From Octopus sinensis (lineage: Eukaryota): a DNA stretch of 64,000 bases. The notes beneath the pieces are model-generated. The model was not told where the DNA came from. It did no database searches and saw only the letters and a list, made by a program, of their open reading frames with translations. The position numbers were made by a program, and so were the translations under genes. The stretch's first letter is position 1; each line of letters begins with the position of its first letter. Below, in pieces: positions 42,803 through 57,502 of the stretch. The stretch lies in assembly GCF_006345805.1 (NCBI RefSeq), contig NC_042998.1, positions 11,718,001 through 11,782,000 of the forward strand, in the 5' to 3' direction.

Positions 42803-42909
42803 CTTCTACTTGTTTTATCGTGTCTGGACAAATTCGAAAGACAAAGTCTAAACTCGGTAGAGTAGAAACTAGAAATAAATAATACCAAATACTGCAGATA
42901 GATGATGTT

Positions 42910-43190
<281 letters not shown>

Positions 43191-43194
43191 CAAC

Positions 43195-45610
43195 AGGTGC
43201 ACTAACGCAGGCCATTTTCGCTACATTCACCCACCTTTTAGCAAATGTACTGGGAGGTAGCACTTCTCTCTCCACCCTCATCTTTCTTTCCAAGTGAAAT
43301 TTGAACCTGGTCCACCATAAGCCACTTTCGCTACTGCTATCAGATAGAGGAAAATTGCCTGCTCTTCCGGACCAATGGAAAACGGCGGATCGATCTTCCC
43401 TATAGACTCGGCCGCTAGCAGGATCCGTCCTTCACCAGCTGTTCAACATAAATCCTAAATCAGTAATGCAAGGACACTGGACGAGTTGTGCAGAACGGTT
43501 TCGTCGCTCGGCGCGCATCTCGGGCAGGCCCGCCTGACAGCATATCCGTGCCTGTAGAGTTTATCTCGAACTGGCAGTGCCACCCCTTCCCCATTAGGAC
43601 TGCTAAGCTAGGGGTTTCTGGAAGTTATCCTGGCTTGAAAGTCCTCCAGAACAGACTGGTCAATTCGACTTCGTCAACGCCTAGCGTCTATCCAAATGCG
43701 TCATCACCCTTTTCCTCCACTAACCCTCTATAGAACTGAAGAGTGGGTGTTCCACTGATCACATTGCCCGATTAGTAGAGGGCACTGAGTACCTGGCAAC
43801 ATTTCAGATGCTACTCACCAATGTAATCCGTCTCCTACACAAGTATTTGAAGAAGAGGCGCTCCAACTTGGTGAGGTGCGAACGGGGGTAGGGCATGATG
43901 GTAAAGCGGTAGTAGATGACGAACGCGGTGTACGCATTCGCCACCTCCACCCGACCTTTCAGTGACAGCTTCCTCGTAGTCCATTTCTGGGTGAGACTGG
44001 CTACCCGACTCGTCGCCTCGTCCCAGTTCTTATCCATCTGGAGGTCTGGTCCGAACCAAACCCAAGCAACTTTACCCGTCCGTCCATCCAGCGCCCAACA
44101 ACACTGTTAGGCGACATGGACTTGCATTTCCACCGACTTTTCCGGGTTAAATTTTGCTCCCGTCAACTTTTCATATTCCTGCAATGATGTGCTGACCACC
44201 TCGATTTCTGAGGTGTCCGACACCATCACGGTGATGTCGTCCGCATACGCTGACACAGCACTTCTGCGTCCCGGTTCGAGCAGAATGCCCTGCAACAGCT
44301 CCAGCTTCCGCAGTAAAGGCTCAAGCGTCAATACGTACAGAAGAGAGGATAGTGGGAACCCTTGACGGACAGATCGGGAAATCTGATACGGTTCCGAGAA
44401 GTGGCCATTAACTTTGACCACCGAGCAGATGCCGCTGTGCATTGCAGCGATCCAACCTCTGAAGACAGGGCCGAAGCCAGCCGCTTTCAGGACAGCCTCT
44501 AGATATCGATTGATCTAAATTGAACAGCGCCCCACCTAAGCCAGGTTTACACCCTACCCTTTTTATGATGTATCGCATGAGGTGGAGGTTGTCGTGTATG
44601 AACCTAGTCGGGATTCCGCAGGTTTGTGCCTCTCCAACCAAATCCTCGACGACAAGCACCAACCTCTTTGCCCAGATCTTTGCCCAAATCTTAAACTCTC
44701 TGTTAAGCAGAGTTAGGAGCCTGAAGTCATCTAATGTGTCCCTCGTCTTTTTCTATCCCTAATGTGTCCCTCGTATTTCCATATCAGTGTCACTACGCCC
44801 CGGCTCACAGAACTGGGAATACTCCAGTTCTGCTGCCAGTTACAGTAGAGTGCTTCGAGCAGAGAGGAGAACAAGTCTGACATATTTACGTTAAGTTTAT
44901 AGGGCAGACGATCTAAACCAGGTGACTTGCACCTCGTGCAACCGACAAGGGCATCCTGAATTTCGGCTAAAGTTATCTGCCTTTCACAGCGCTCAGCGTC
45001 GGCCGTCAAGAGACGTAGCAAGCCGTCGAAGTAGGGACTGAAGTCTGCCACCATCTCCACCCCCCGCCACTCTCTTCGAAGAACTGATCAAAGTGTTAGC
45101 GAAAGGCCTCATACATCTGCCTAGAGTCGCTCAGCTCGTGTCCGTCTCGGTCTGTTAAAGACCGAATTGTGGTTTGTCATAATGCTACACCTCCGCCACG
45201 CGGGCCCATCGAACAGCTTTTAGCCCCTCGTTTCTTAGAGCACGCGTCTTAGCTCTGGCAATGCAACCTTCATGTTTCGCAACGAAGAACTGGTCTAATG
45301 CCATTCTCGCTACTAGCACGTCGGTTGCAATTCCATTACAAATAGCCTCGTCTAGTTTAGCTACTAACTTCTCCTTTCTATTTTTTCTAACGGTATTTCT
45401 TTGCTAAATACTATCAATATTACTCTAATGTCTCTTTTGAGTGCCGCCCACCACCTGTTGTTGACGAGCCACCACCCAGTCAACTTATGCTTAACTAAAT
45501 TGTTGACCTGGTCCCTGTAAGCCTTATGTGCCGGAAATGACATGTTCACCTTCCAGTAACCGGGTCCTAACCTACGCGTCTTATTTAGGTCGACCATGGT
45601 TATAAACTTA
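43195..45610 (-). mobile_element. Tx1/L1-type LINE copy 3, 5'-truncated, with a degenerate reverse transcriptase
   Basis: GPGYWKVN; KSPGLDRLP; QTCGIPTRFIHDNL; VRQGFPLSSLLYVL; AYADDITV; GAKFNPEKS; LSLKGRVEVAN; C-terminus RWVNVAKM as in copies 1 and 2. Confidence 0.92.
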
Positions 45611-45611
45611 T

Positions 45612-45686
45612 AGTCTGAATAGGCTCTACATGAAGAGAGGTAAAGGTGGACGTGGGCTGATTAGCGTACGGGAGTGCATCAACAAT
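45612..45686 (+). mobile_element. Short R4/Dong-like fragment
   Basis: LNRLYMKRGKGGRGLISVRECIN parallels DSLYWSRRKGRAGLISFQDCIE at about 9115-9180. Confidence 0.65.
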
Positions 45687-45891
45687 ATTGCTTTCAAATT
45701 TTGGCACAAAGCCAACAATTTTGGGGAGGGGTTAGGCGATTACATCAACCCCAGTGCTTAGCTGGTACTTATTTTATCGACCCCAAAAGGATGTAATGCA
45801 AAGTCGACCTCGACGGAATTTGAACTCAGAACATAAAGACAGATGCAATACCACTAAGCATTATGCAAAGGTTCTGCCAGTTTGCTGCCTT
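45687..45891 (-). mobile_element. SINE family C (C2)
   Basis: Family landmarks present. Confidence 0.82.
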
Positions 45892-46454
45892 AACAACAAA
45901 AACAATATTAACCTCCAACTAACGAGAAACCATTTCTAGTTGTTCGGTCTGATAGAAATATCAGAGAAATTGTCCTTTAAAAATCACAACCTGCCATCTT
46001 ACAATACCTAAATGCATAATGCGTAGTGTTTTTCTAGACACACTACCGGTGGGTCATATTTGAAAAGACTTTACTCATAGATCTGCTTCTATAAAGGCTG
46101 GGTCCAGACTGAAAGACAGTAACATATATACGACAAACCATAGATTAAGTGCATTGTTTCATGTTGTATAAAAATTCCTTTAGCCACTGGGTATACAAAC
46201 AGATTGGCTGCTTGTTTCTCTGAAGGTATTCAAACTGGTATCGCCACCTTTGAAGAGAACCCAATATGGTTCGAAAATCAATTAAAGCTGTTCATCGTTT
46301 TTTGTCGTTTTTTCAATCTATGGAGAAATAACCAAATTTGCTATGTTTATATATCTACAATATAGACTATATAAATATATACTTCTAAACTAATTTATGG
46401 TTTAAACTACAGAGAAAGTATCGTTGGAACTTGACAAACAATATCGGTATATCA

Positions 46455-46685
46455 AGGCGGCGAGCTGGCAGAAACGTTAGCACGTCGGGCGAAATGCTTA
46501 GCGGTATATCGTCTGTGTTACGTTGTGAGTTCAAATTCCGCCGAGGTCGACTTTACCTTTCATCCTTTCGGGGTCGATAAATTAAGTACCAGTTAGACAC
46601 TGGGGTCAATATAATCAACTTAATACCTATATCTGTCCTTGTTTGTCCCCTCAGTGTTTAGCCCCTTGTGGGTAATAAAGAAATA
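46455..46685 (+). mobile_element. SINE family C (C1)
   Basis: Flanked by GGTATATCA at 46446-46454 and 46686-46694. Confidence 0.9.
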
Positions 46686-47432
46686 GGTATATCATAATAA
46701 CGAATGAGTTCATCCTGACTATATGGAAGCTGAACGAGAGCCAACATTGTCGACGTCACGATATTCCTGTTACATGCTTTTTCTGCAGTTTTAAATATTT
46801 AAGAATTTGAGAGCAAAACATGGATTCTTTAAAACGAACAGTAAAGAAACAAACAAAACATCACTCTCACACAGACACACACAGGCACACGCATACATAT
46901 ACATACATACATAAAGACACATACAAATATGCATAAGTGTTCACACACAGACACACATGTGAATGATTGATTTCTTAAACTGATGCCAAATTGCAAGTCC
47001 TTGGCAGGTAGAATTAATGTATGCTTTCTGTGCACTGCTGTATCTGTTAGTTCATTACCGTTATTACTTTTTTCAATCGTAAGCTGATAAGGCAGAATAA
47101 TTTAATTGGTCCTTTTGCAGTATGTTTATCTCTGAAAATGGAAGGGTCGTTCTACCACCGCTAACTGAAATTAACTGTTCGGTAATGCAAATTATTATCT
47201 TTCCACTTGACAGAATTTATGCACTTTTGCATTAATTTTCTTAGAAAAGATATCCAGTTTCCTGGCGACATTTTTGTTTACATTTTTATAGGTTTACCCA
47301 CCAAAATTTAACTCTTGAATTGTAATATCTTTTACCATCATTCTGATTTTTTCACTGGTTGTTTTCAACATAGTAAATTACCTAAAATCTCAAAGCTATA
47401 AAATTACAAATAAAATAATAGCTACTTAACAC

Positions 47433-47521
<89 letters not shown>

Positions 47522-47677
47522 GTGCCAGATAATATACGTTGTGTTACACAGAAAAATGTGGAAGGATTAATTAAGAAAGAGATTAATTTTCATCAGTTAT
47601 AATTAATAACAAGCATCAGTTTAATAAAGAAGATTATTAGTGAGTTAATTACAGTACTTATTCCATGCAAAAAATAT

Positions 47678-47871
47678 TTATGAACTTAGTATATGATATG
47701 GGTTCACAGGCTTTCGCAAAATTTAAGAGCGAGACATGGATTCTTTAAAACGAATAGTAAAGGAACAAACAAAGCCACTCTCACACAAGCACACACAGGC
47801 TCACGCATACATATACATACAGACATAGACACACATAAAAATATGCATAAGTATTCACAGATACACACACA

Positions 47872-47903
<32 letters not shown>

Positions 47904-47986
47904 TGAATGATTGATTTCTTAAACTGATGCCAAATTGCAATATTTTGCGAAAGCCTGTGATCCCATTTCATGTACTAAGTTCATAA
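47678..47986. mobile_element. 45-bp inverted-repeat pair enclosing a copy of 46804-46996
   Basis: Arms at 47678-47722 and 47942-47986 differ at 3 of 45 positions. Confidence 0.7.
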
Positions 47987-48686
47987 TAGATTTGGAACAC
48001 TTAAAAATTCAAGGACAAATATTTTTAAAGAAAATATTGCCGAAGGGAAGAATATAAATATTTCCTGGTATAACCCCACCCGCTACAAAAAAAAAACAAA
48101 AAACAAAAAAACAAAACTGTGTCCTTTAGAAACTTAAAGCCCTGAGAGACTTTTTATCTTTTACTTATTTCATCATTAGACTGCAGCTATGCCGAGGTAC
48201 CGCGTTGAAGAACATTTAGTCAAATGAATCGATTCCAGTACTTGTTTTTTGATGCGTGGTATTTATTTTATTTGTCGCTTTTGCCGAACCGCTAAGTTAT
48301 GGAGTTACAGGAACGTAAACCCACCATTCTGCCAGCTCCTCATGTTAATAATATTTAAGGCGTCTTGCAGCAAATCCATAAATATTTCGCTCGTGAAACG
48401 TCCACCTTTAATAGCATTGTGAGAAGTTAGTATTAAAAGACCTAATGCAGTGAGAATCTAAAAATCTAATTAGAAATATTTGTAGACCGAAGAAAAGAGA
48501 ACATTATTTTCATCGTTTTGGAAAATACAAATGTCACTTCTGGATATCTTTCTCTCTCAATAGACTCATTATAAAATCTGTTTTACTTTCAAATATTTTA
48601 GATTATCGTATTGATTTCTATGTGTCATAACACGGTTCGTTTATAAGATAAACAGATTTTGGCTCAATGCTATTATGAGGCTGAAT

Positions 48687-49070
48687 GTGGAGGCGCAATG
48701 GCCCAGTGGTTAGGGCAGCGGACTCGCGGTCGTAGGATCGCGGTTTCGATTCCCAGACCGGGCGTTGTGAGTGTTTATTGAGCGAAAACACCTAAAGCTC
48801 CACGAGGCTCCGGCAGGGGATGGTGGTGATCCCTGCTGTACTCTTTCACCACAACTTTCTCTCACTCTTACTTTCTGTTTCTGTTGTACCTGTATTTCAA
48901 AGGGCCAACCTTGTCACTCTCTATGTCACGCTGAATATCCCCGAGAACTACGTTAAGGGTGCACGTGTCTGTGGAGTGCTCAGCCACTTACACGTTAATT
49001 TCACGAGCAGGCTGTTCCGTTGATCGGATCAACCGGAACCCTCATCGTCGTAACCGACGGAGTGCTTCCC
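48687..49070 (+). mobile_element. SINE family A
   Basis: TSD GAGGCTGAAT at 48677-48686 and 49072-49081. Confidence 0.93.
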
Positions 49071-49974
49071 AGAGGCTGAATATAGAACTAGCTAACAAGG
49101 GAGCCTCTGTGCTGTCGTACCAGCTTCTAAAACAGCAACCAGAAGGCCCCCAACGAATCCCAGATTGCTGTCTGAAATGAAAAAGGATAATACATTGGTC
49201 GCTACTATAAAAATGGTGGTTCGACCATGGCTATAAATCCGATTCAGAGCTGACATAGAGCTATAGAATAACAAATGAATACAGAATTAATCAGATGATC
49301 ACAATTTGTGCAATGAATTGTTGAACCTGCTTATTGTTGTATTCCCCAAGTAACTATTCCGAATTGAAATCGATACAAAGAGTCTATTATTATTCATTTG
49401 AACAATGAGTTTACAACAAAGATCTTATTGTTATGAAGTTTAACTAGAAGGCAATGCGTTTACATTCGAACTAATTTGTCGCATTGGTACTGTAATTGTA
49501 ATCAATATCAAGTTACAAATAAAGAAAAATGTGAAATGAATTTAGCATCATTCTAATTGAATTTAATATAATTAGATTTGTAAGTGTAGTGAGTGGAATA
49601 CAGAAAAGAAAAAGCGAAATCTCTGTCAAGGAAGATACTATAGCACGCCCCATTTTCGAAGGTTGTTAAAAGTATTACATTATTCATAATTTTGAGAAAT
49701 AGATATGTTACATGATATTTGAGCAGTTCTCTTAAATTTAAGAAACATGCTACTGTGCCACATAGTATTAGAAAATTCCGTCATTGAGTGTGGGCATAAA
49801 AGTTTTATTATAAGTAGTTGCACCACAATATAATTGCCATGGCTTGGGTTTTATTAGATGGTTTGTAGCTCAAATCGGTTGAATTTCCCAACCGTTCAAC
49901 CGTTTGTGAAATACTACAGAGATAATAGGAAATGGTTGGCATAACAGCTATTGCAGAATATATATATATATATA

Positions 49975-50155
49975 GTTAGAATTTACAAAAAACAAACAAA
50001 CAAAACGAAAGACGAAGACAGATGTATTAGTTTAATGGTAGGGAAGTGAGAAAGTATTTTACGTTTCGAGCCTGCGCTCTTCAACAGAAAGGAATACAGC
50101 AATAAACAGAGAGAGTGAAAATGAAAAAAAGTTTAGTGGCTAGCGATCAATCATG

Positions 50156-50208
<53 letters not shown>

Positions 50209-51040
50209 GAGGGCACTATTACACATAGATGCCGCACGGTAGGAGGGACTTTTAAAGTCAAAACTACCAAAATAAACAAATTGTACCGAATGCAATCTTT
50301 GAAGCGAGTCATTTAAAAACAGAATTTAGTTACATATCACCTGTGATTTCGCAATCAATGCAGTATATGCATTTTATACTCTTCAGTGCAACGAACTCAA
50401 GACATGTATTAATAAACAAACACAACATACCAGATAAGCAACCGCAGCGTTCATCGCAGCATGTAGGAATGTTTATCCTTACATATCTATGAAAATGGCG
50501 GGCTTTTCGAACTGCATTTCGGTAACAACGTGCTTACTCGGAACAAAAATTCAGTATTGAACTATTCCGGTGAAAAATATAAAATTAAAAATAGGATAAA
50601 ATCTTCATAAGAAATTATCAAGTAGTTAGCGTGAAAAACCTCGTAAGAGAAAAAATCCGTAAATTTTTTCAACTTGTAAATATTTATTTATATTATATAG
50701 AGGGCACTATTACACATAGATGCCGCACGCTAGGAGGGACTTTCAAAGTCAAAACTACCAAAATAAACAAATTGTACCGAATGCAATCTTCGATATGTAA
50801 CTAAATTCTGTTTTTAAATGACTCGCTTCGAAGATTGCATTCGGTACAATTTGTTTATAAATATTTACAAGTTGACCAAATTTACGGATTTTTTTCTCTT
50901 ACGAGGTTTTTCACGCTAACTACTTGATAATTTCTTATGAAGATTTTATCCTATTAATATATATATATATATATATATATCATGATTGATCGCTAGCCAC
51001 TTTTTTTTATTTTCACTCTCTCTGTTTATTGCTGTATATA
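49975..51040. repeat. Complex direct plus inverted rearranged repeat, possibly Penelope-like terminal repeats
   Basis: 491-bp-period direct repeat (50209 and 50700) plus three inverted duplications. Confidence 0.8.
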
Positions 51041-51044
51041 TATA

Positions 51045-52202
<1,158 letters not shown>

Positions 52203-52211
52203 ATATATATA

Positions 52212-52268
<57 letters not shown>

Positions 52269-52293
52269 TATATATATATGTATATTATATTAA

Positions 52294-52615
52294 ATTCTGA
52301 GTTCAAATTCCGTCGAGATCGACTTTGCTTTTCATCCTTTCGGGGGTCGATAAATTAAGTACCAGTTACACACTGGGGTCGATATAATCGACTTAATCCG
52401 TTTGTCTGTCCTTGTTTGTCGCCTCTGTGTTTAGCCCCTTGTGGGTAGTAAAGGAATAGGTATTTAGTCTGTCTTTACATTTTGAGTTCAAATTTCGCCG
52501 AAGTCGAATCTGCCTTTCGGGGGTCGATAAATTAAGTACCAGTAGTGTACTGGCGTCGATCTAATCGACTACCCTCCTCCCTCAACATTTCGGGCCTTGT
52601 GCCTAGAGTAGAAAG
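52294..52615 (+). mobile_element. 5'-truncated SINE C1 (52294-52461) followed by a C2 3' part
   Basis: Two successive gagttcaaat B-boxes and cores, with C1 then C2 tails. Confidence 0.82.
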
Positions 52616-52781
52616 AAGTATATATATAGAAATAGAACGTAAGCTGAGTGCTGTCGATCCTATATTCTCCGCATATTTTTGAGGGCACCGCCAATATAGC
52701 AGGTTGTCAGTCTTATCATTAATGGTGCGAAACAGCATTACCAATTGGTTGATAACTGAAGAAGAATTAGGGACCTTCTGA

Positions 52782-53510
52782 GTCTGTCTCCCCTCCGGTT
52801 GTACATTCAGTATACATTATATCGTTTGTTTATTTACTATACAGTTTTTCATTTATTAAGTAATGGAACGCAACGCACACTATTGTATTAATAATCCTTT
52901 TTTTTATATATATTCGTGTGACTCTCTCTTGCTTTCACTCTTTCCCCCTTTCTCCCACTTTCTCACTTCTATTCTAGCCTTTCCACTATCTCCTTTCTCT
53001 CATTCTCTCTCTCACCCTCTAGTATTCCTAGCCTTTCTCCTTTCTCCTTATTGTCCTCTTTTCTCTCGGTCGCTCAGTCTCCTCTTCTCTTGCTCTTTTT
53101 CTCCTCTGCCTGCTGCTGTCACGTGACCCATTGCCAGCTTTCCTTGCTTTCCCTCCCTTTCTCACATTGTTCCCATAACTGACCAGTTGCAAATTCTCTG
53201 CCTCACTGCTTTCTATCTTTTAGGACGTCTTCTAAGCGTCACCCACTCTTCTTGTCTGTTTGGGCCTAAGGCTGTATTTTGCTGAGAACTTCCCACATTG
53301 GCGGTGTCCGCAAAAGTTTGTAGGACCGAGAGCAAACAAAACAAAACAAAACAATAGAGAGTGGACACATTAAAATGTCTGTCTCCTGTCCAGTTGTACA
53401 CTCAGTATACATTATGTCGACTATTTATTTACAATACATTTTTTTCATTTATTAAGTAACGGAACCCAACGCACACAACTGTATTAACAGTAAGTTTATA
53501 TATATATATC
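52782..53510. repeat. Diverged direct repeats of about 120 bp (period about 595 bp) around a CT-rich segment
   Basis: gttgtaca(t/c)tcagtatacattat...cattta ttaagtaa(t/c)ggaac occurs at both 52798 and 53393. Confidence 0.8.
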
Positions 53511-53619
53511 AACTCGCTTGGACGTACATCAATAGAATACACTTGCCTTTTATCTTTTACTTGTTTCAGTCTCTGGATTGCGGCCATAATGGGGTATTGG
53601 CTTGAAGGATTTAGTCGTG

Positions 53620-53710
<91 letters not shown>

Positions 53711-53711
53711 A

Positions 53712-53774
<63 letters not shown>

Positions 53775-53866
53775 ACTCTGTCCGCACACGCACAGAAACT
53801 CACTCACTCACTCTCTCACTCACTCACTCACTCACTCACTCTCTCACTCACTCACTCACTCACTCA
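53620..53866. repeat. (TATC)n then (CTCA)n microsatellites
   Basis: Direct reading. Confidence 0.96.
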
Positions 53867-54039
53867 CTTTATAGTCGTTAGAATTCACAGGGATTTCCAG
53901 TTTTACTTTAGCAGTGGATTCAACTACTTGTTAAATAAGCCCAGTCAACTCTCATACGATTAATAAATTCAACTTAGAAATAATCAGAGTCCCACTTTAA
54001 ATAAATGATTCGTTGTTGACTCTAACATTTATTAAATAT

Positions 54040-54072
<33 letters not shown>

Positions 54073-54912
54073 CCACACATGCGCACGCACACACACGCGC
54101 ATCCGCATAAAGCACTCGCATAGGCATACGCACATACGTACGAATTTAGCTTCATAGACAAGAAAAAAATTGCTCAAACGATATTGATGGGTTTCATATT
54201 ATGTAGCCATTTTTAATCTAATGATTTCACATTGTTCATAAAACAATGATGCATAATGATGACGATGATAGCGATGATGAGGAGGTTGAGAAGGAAGAAT
54301 TCTCACAGCAATATTTTTTATTTACTTTTGAACTTTTATTTATAACTATTTTCAATCTATAATTAATCTATGGTTCAATAATCTGTCAGATGATATTGAT
54401 GATGATGAAGATGATGATAATGACGATGTTGGAACTAAAAACTATTTACTTACTCTAATGTTGTTGACTCGATAATTTATTTATTTATTACATTATTCTA
54501 TTCATTTATCTAATGTTATTGCTTTTATATATTTACTTATGTCTGCTAGCTTATTCACTATAGTTGCAACTAGTAAACGTTCTAAGTCGATGACCTTGAC
54601 CGGTCTTCTCATATACACTTTCCATCCCAAACAATAGCGTCTTCGTTATCTCTCAAATCTAGAGGCCAGACTTTCTAATTTAACCTCTAATACTACCGTT
54701 CGCTTTGCTCGCCTTCACTCATTAGGTACCTAAGCAATTCATAGCGGTCATAGCTTACTGCTTAACCACTTGACTGACGAATCCTAACATCAAAAGCTTT
54801 TTCTTATTCCATCGCGCGCAAATATCCATGAGAGGGTAGTACAAGTCTTATCGAAGCCACATTTGGATAAACAAAAACTTTTATAAAAACACATACACTC
54901 ACACACACATGT

Positions 54913-54975
<63 letters not shown>

Positions 54976-55035
54976 CCTTAAATCCTAAAAATGTTTTAGC
55001 CTGAAGGCCGCGGCCATGGTGGGGCACCACCGCTT

Positions 55036-55124
<89 letters not shown>

Positions 55125-55359
55125 ATGTATAATTCACGATTTTTACGTCTCTGAGAGCTAAAAATTTAAATTATAGACAAGAAAAAGTTAGCTGATATGG
55201 AGGACTGGAAGTCATTTGAATATTGGAAATGAATTTTCTATATAAATTAAAAAATTTTTTTTTTATCAAATTATTTTGTTATATTTGTCTATCTATCCAA
55301 CTGTAAACATTTTAAATATTTCACAAATTTTTTGTTATAACTTGGTAAAAGGGTACATA

Positions 55360-55860
55360 TTTTGCCAAAAATTGCCGGGTGTCAAAATGCCGACATTACG
55401 ACTACTGTTCAATGCTCTGTAAATACTTTTAAGGCTGTAAGACAAACTAATGAACAGAGCCTTAGGTTCAATTCAAATGTCTATGTGAAGTTTCTGGAGA
55501 TTGGTCAATACCTAGCTGGAGAGATGGTTAATGATGGAAGGCCATATGTGTGGCAGCAGGATTCGGCTTCTTGCCATACCTCTGAAAATGTCAGAAGTAG
55601 TCGTCGGAGAATTACTATGATTTCACCAGCCCCAATTTCTGGTCGGCTAGTTCTTCCGATTGTAATCCCATGGATTGCTATGTGTAGGGTGCAGTTGAGA
55701 AAGACATCAATTGCTCTGTTTGAAACACCAAGGACGAGCTGGTAGCCAAGATCAATGAGGTGTTCGAAGATCTTCCCAGAGACAATGAGGAATGTATGCA
55801 CCAGGTTCCTGAGTCGTTTTCAGGCCTTGGTGGAAGCTGAGGGCCGCTACTTTTGGTAGA
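55360..55860 (+). mobile_element. maT/DD37D-like Tc1-mariner transposase remnant, internally deleted
   Basis: GRPYVWQQDSASCHTS, then after a frameshift SPNFWSASSSDCNPMDCYV*GAVEKD; third catalytic residue is D. Confidence 0.75.
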
Positions 55861-57294
55861 CGGCTATCTCCCAGTCTAGTTAATAATTTTTGACTCCTTA
55901 AATTATTAATATTTTGGGGTAAGAAATTGTGTTTTCATTTCCATTATGCAAACTGTCAAATTACACACACACACACGTGTAGACACACACATGAATATAT
56001 ATGTATGCGCATGTATGTATGCACGTATGTATGCATGCATTTATATTCTGTTATAGATTTGTCTTTGGACTGCGGTGAAAGTGGGGCTCAGCCTTAAATC
56101 TTTTAAGTCGATCATAGTGATTCTTCTACTTACTTGAATCTGCTAATTATGTTATCGATCTTTTGTGTTGAATAACTTTTCATATAAGGGAGCACAATTC
56201 GACACACACCACACACACACCACACACACACACACACACATATATATAAATATACACTCACACACAGTCACAATCGAATACACACACACGCACACACACA
56301 CACACATAAACACACACATACACAGGAGCAAGTAAACGTAACCAGTATTTTAGGCTGTTTTAGAAGCCACCGCTGTTATTACGTAATCCTTTGTGCTCTA
56401 TTACGTAACATGAGTCAACTTATTGGCTTCGTCAGCATTATTACTAAAAATAAAACAAAGAAAACTATCGGCCTTTAAATACATAAATATGGATATAAGT
56501 ACTGTCAGGTTATCACGGTAGAATACCTGGTGAAAGAAGTGAGAGAGTAAGAATGCCTGTGATGGGTTGGAGAAAAGAAAGCTATCAAGACCACACCTTA
56601 TACAAGCTCCGGTGAATCTTTACGCAAACGATCATGCAAATTTCATCCGCTGTTACACGTCATTCACGGAGTGTTTAATTATAAAGTGTTGAGAATTTCT
56701 AAGGCAGGTGTCAATTTTAGACTGTCATTCCTGTACAATTCTAATTCTATAAAGTTAAATCTTGATATTTGGTTGACTGAAATATGCAACCTATGGGGTT
56801 GTATATTTCGGCTCCATCAGAGACGCCCATAGGAACATTGAAAAGCTCTTAGCCATTGAGCTTTATTCAGAAAACATAATCAAAAGGTTGAAGAACTTTC
56901 ATTAGAAAGCTTTCATTAAAAGGACAATGTCAAACTGCGAGAATTTAAAGTTGTGTTTTCTCATATAAACTATCAAACCCCTCTTTCATTGAGGAACTGT
57001 TCTTTCATTGAGAAACAAGTTATTTCATTGTCTATGTTTACGGTTGTGCCAAAAAACAACTTCACTAACGCTCCCTAATTCACTTCAAGTTGTGCTAATG
57101 AGGCTGCATTTAGCGTTAGCTAAGTAATTTGGTTAAAGGTCAAACAAGCGATTCAGAGTGAAGTAGGATCTATCAATTCAATTCCATCATCTGTTTCAAT
57201 AATCTCTGCAATACTTCTTTATTTATTGATGTATCATCGTACGTATTAGGATAAATTGTTTTATTTATGCATTAGTAATTTTGTTAGAGTTGAT

Positions 57295-57502
57295 AAGGTG
57301 GTGAGCTGGCAGAATCGTTAGCATAGTGGGAAAATGCTTTGCGGCATTACATCCATCCTTACGTCCTGAATTCAAATTTCGCAGAGATCGACTTTGCCTT
57401 TTGTCCTCAGGAGTCGATGAAATAAGTACCAATTGGGTATTAAGGTCGATATAATCGACTTCCCCCTAAATTGTTGGCTTTGTGCCAAAATCGAAACCAA
57501 TA
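57295..57502 (+). mobile_element. SINE family C (C2), diverged
   Basis: Family landmarks present. Confidence 0.8.
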
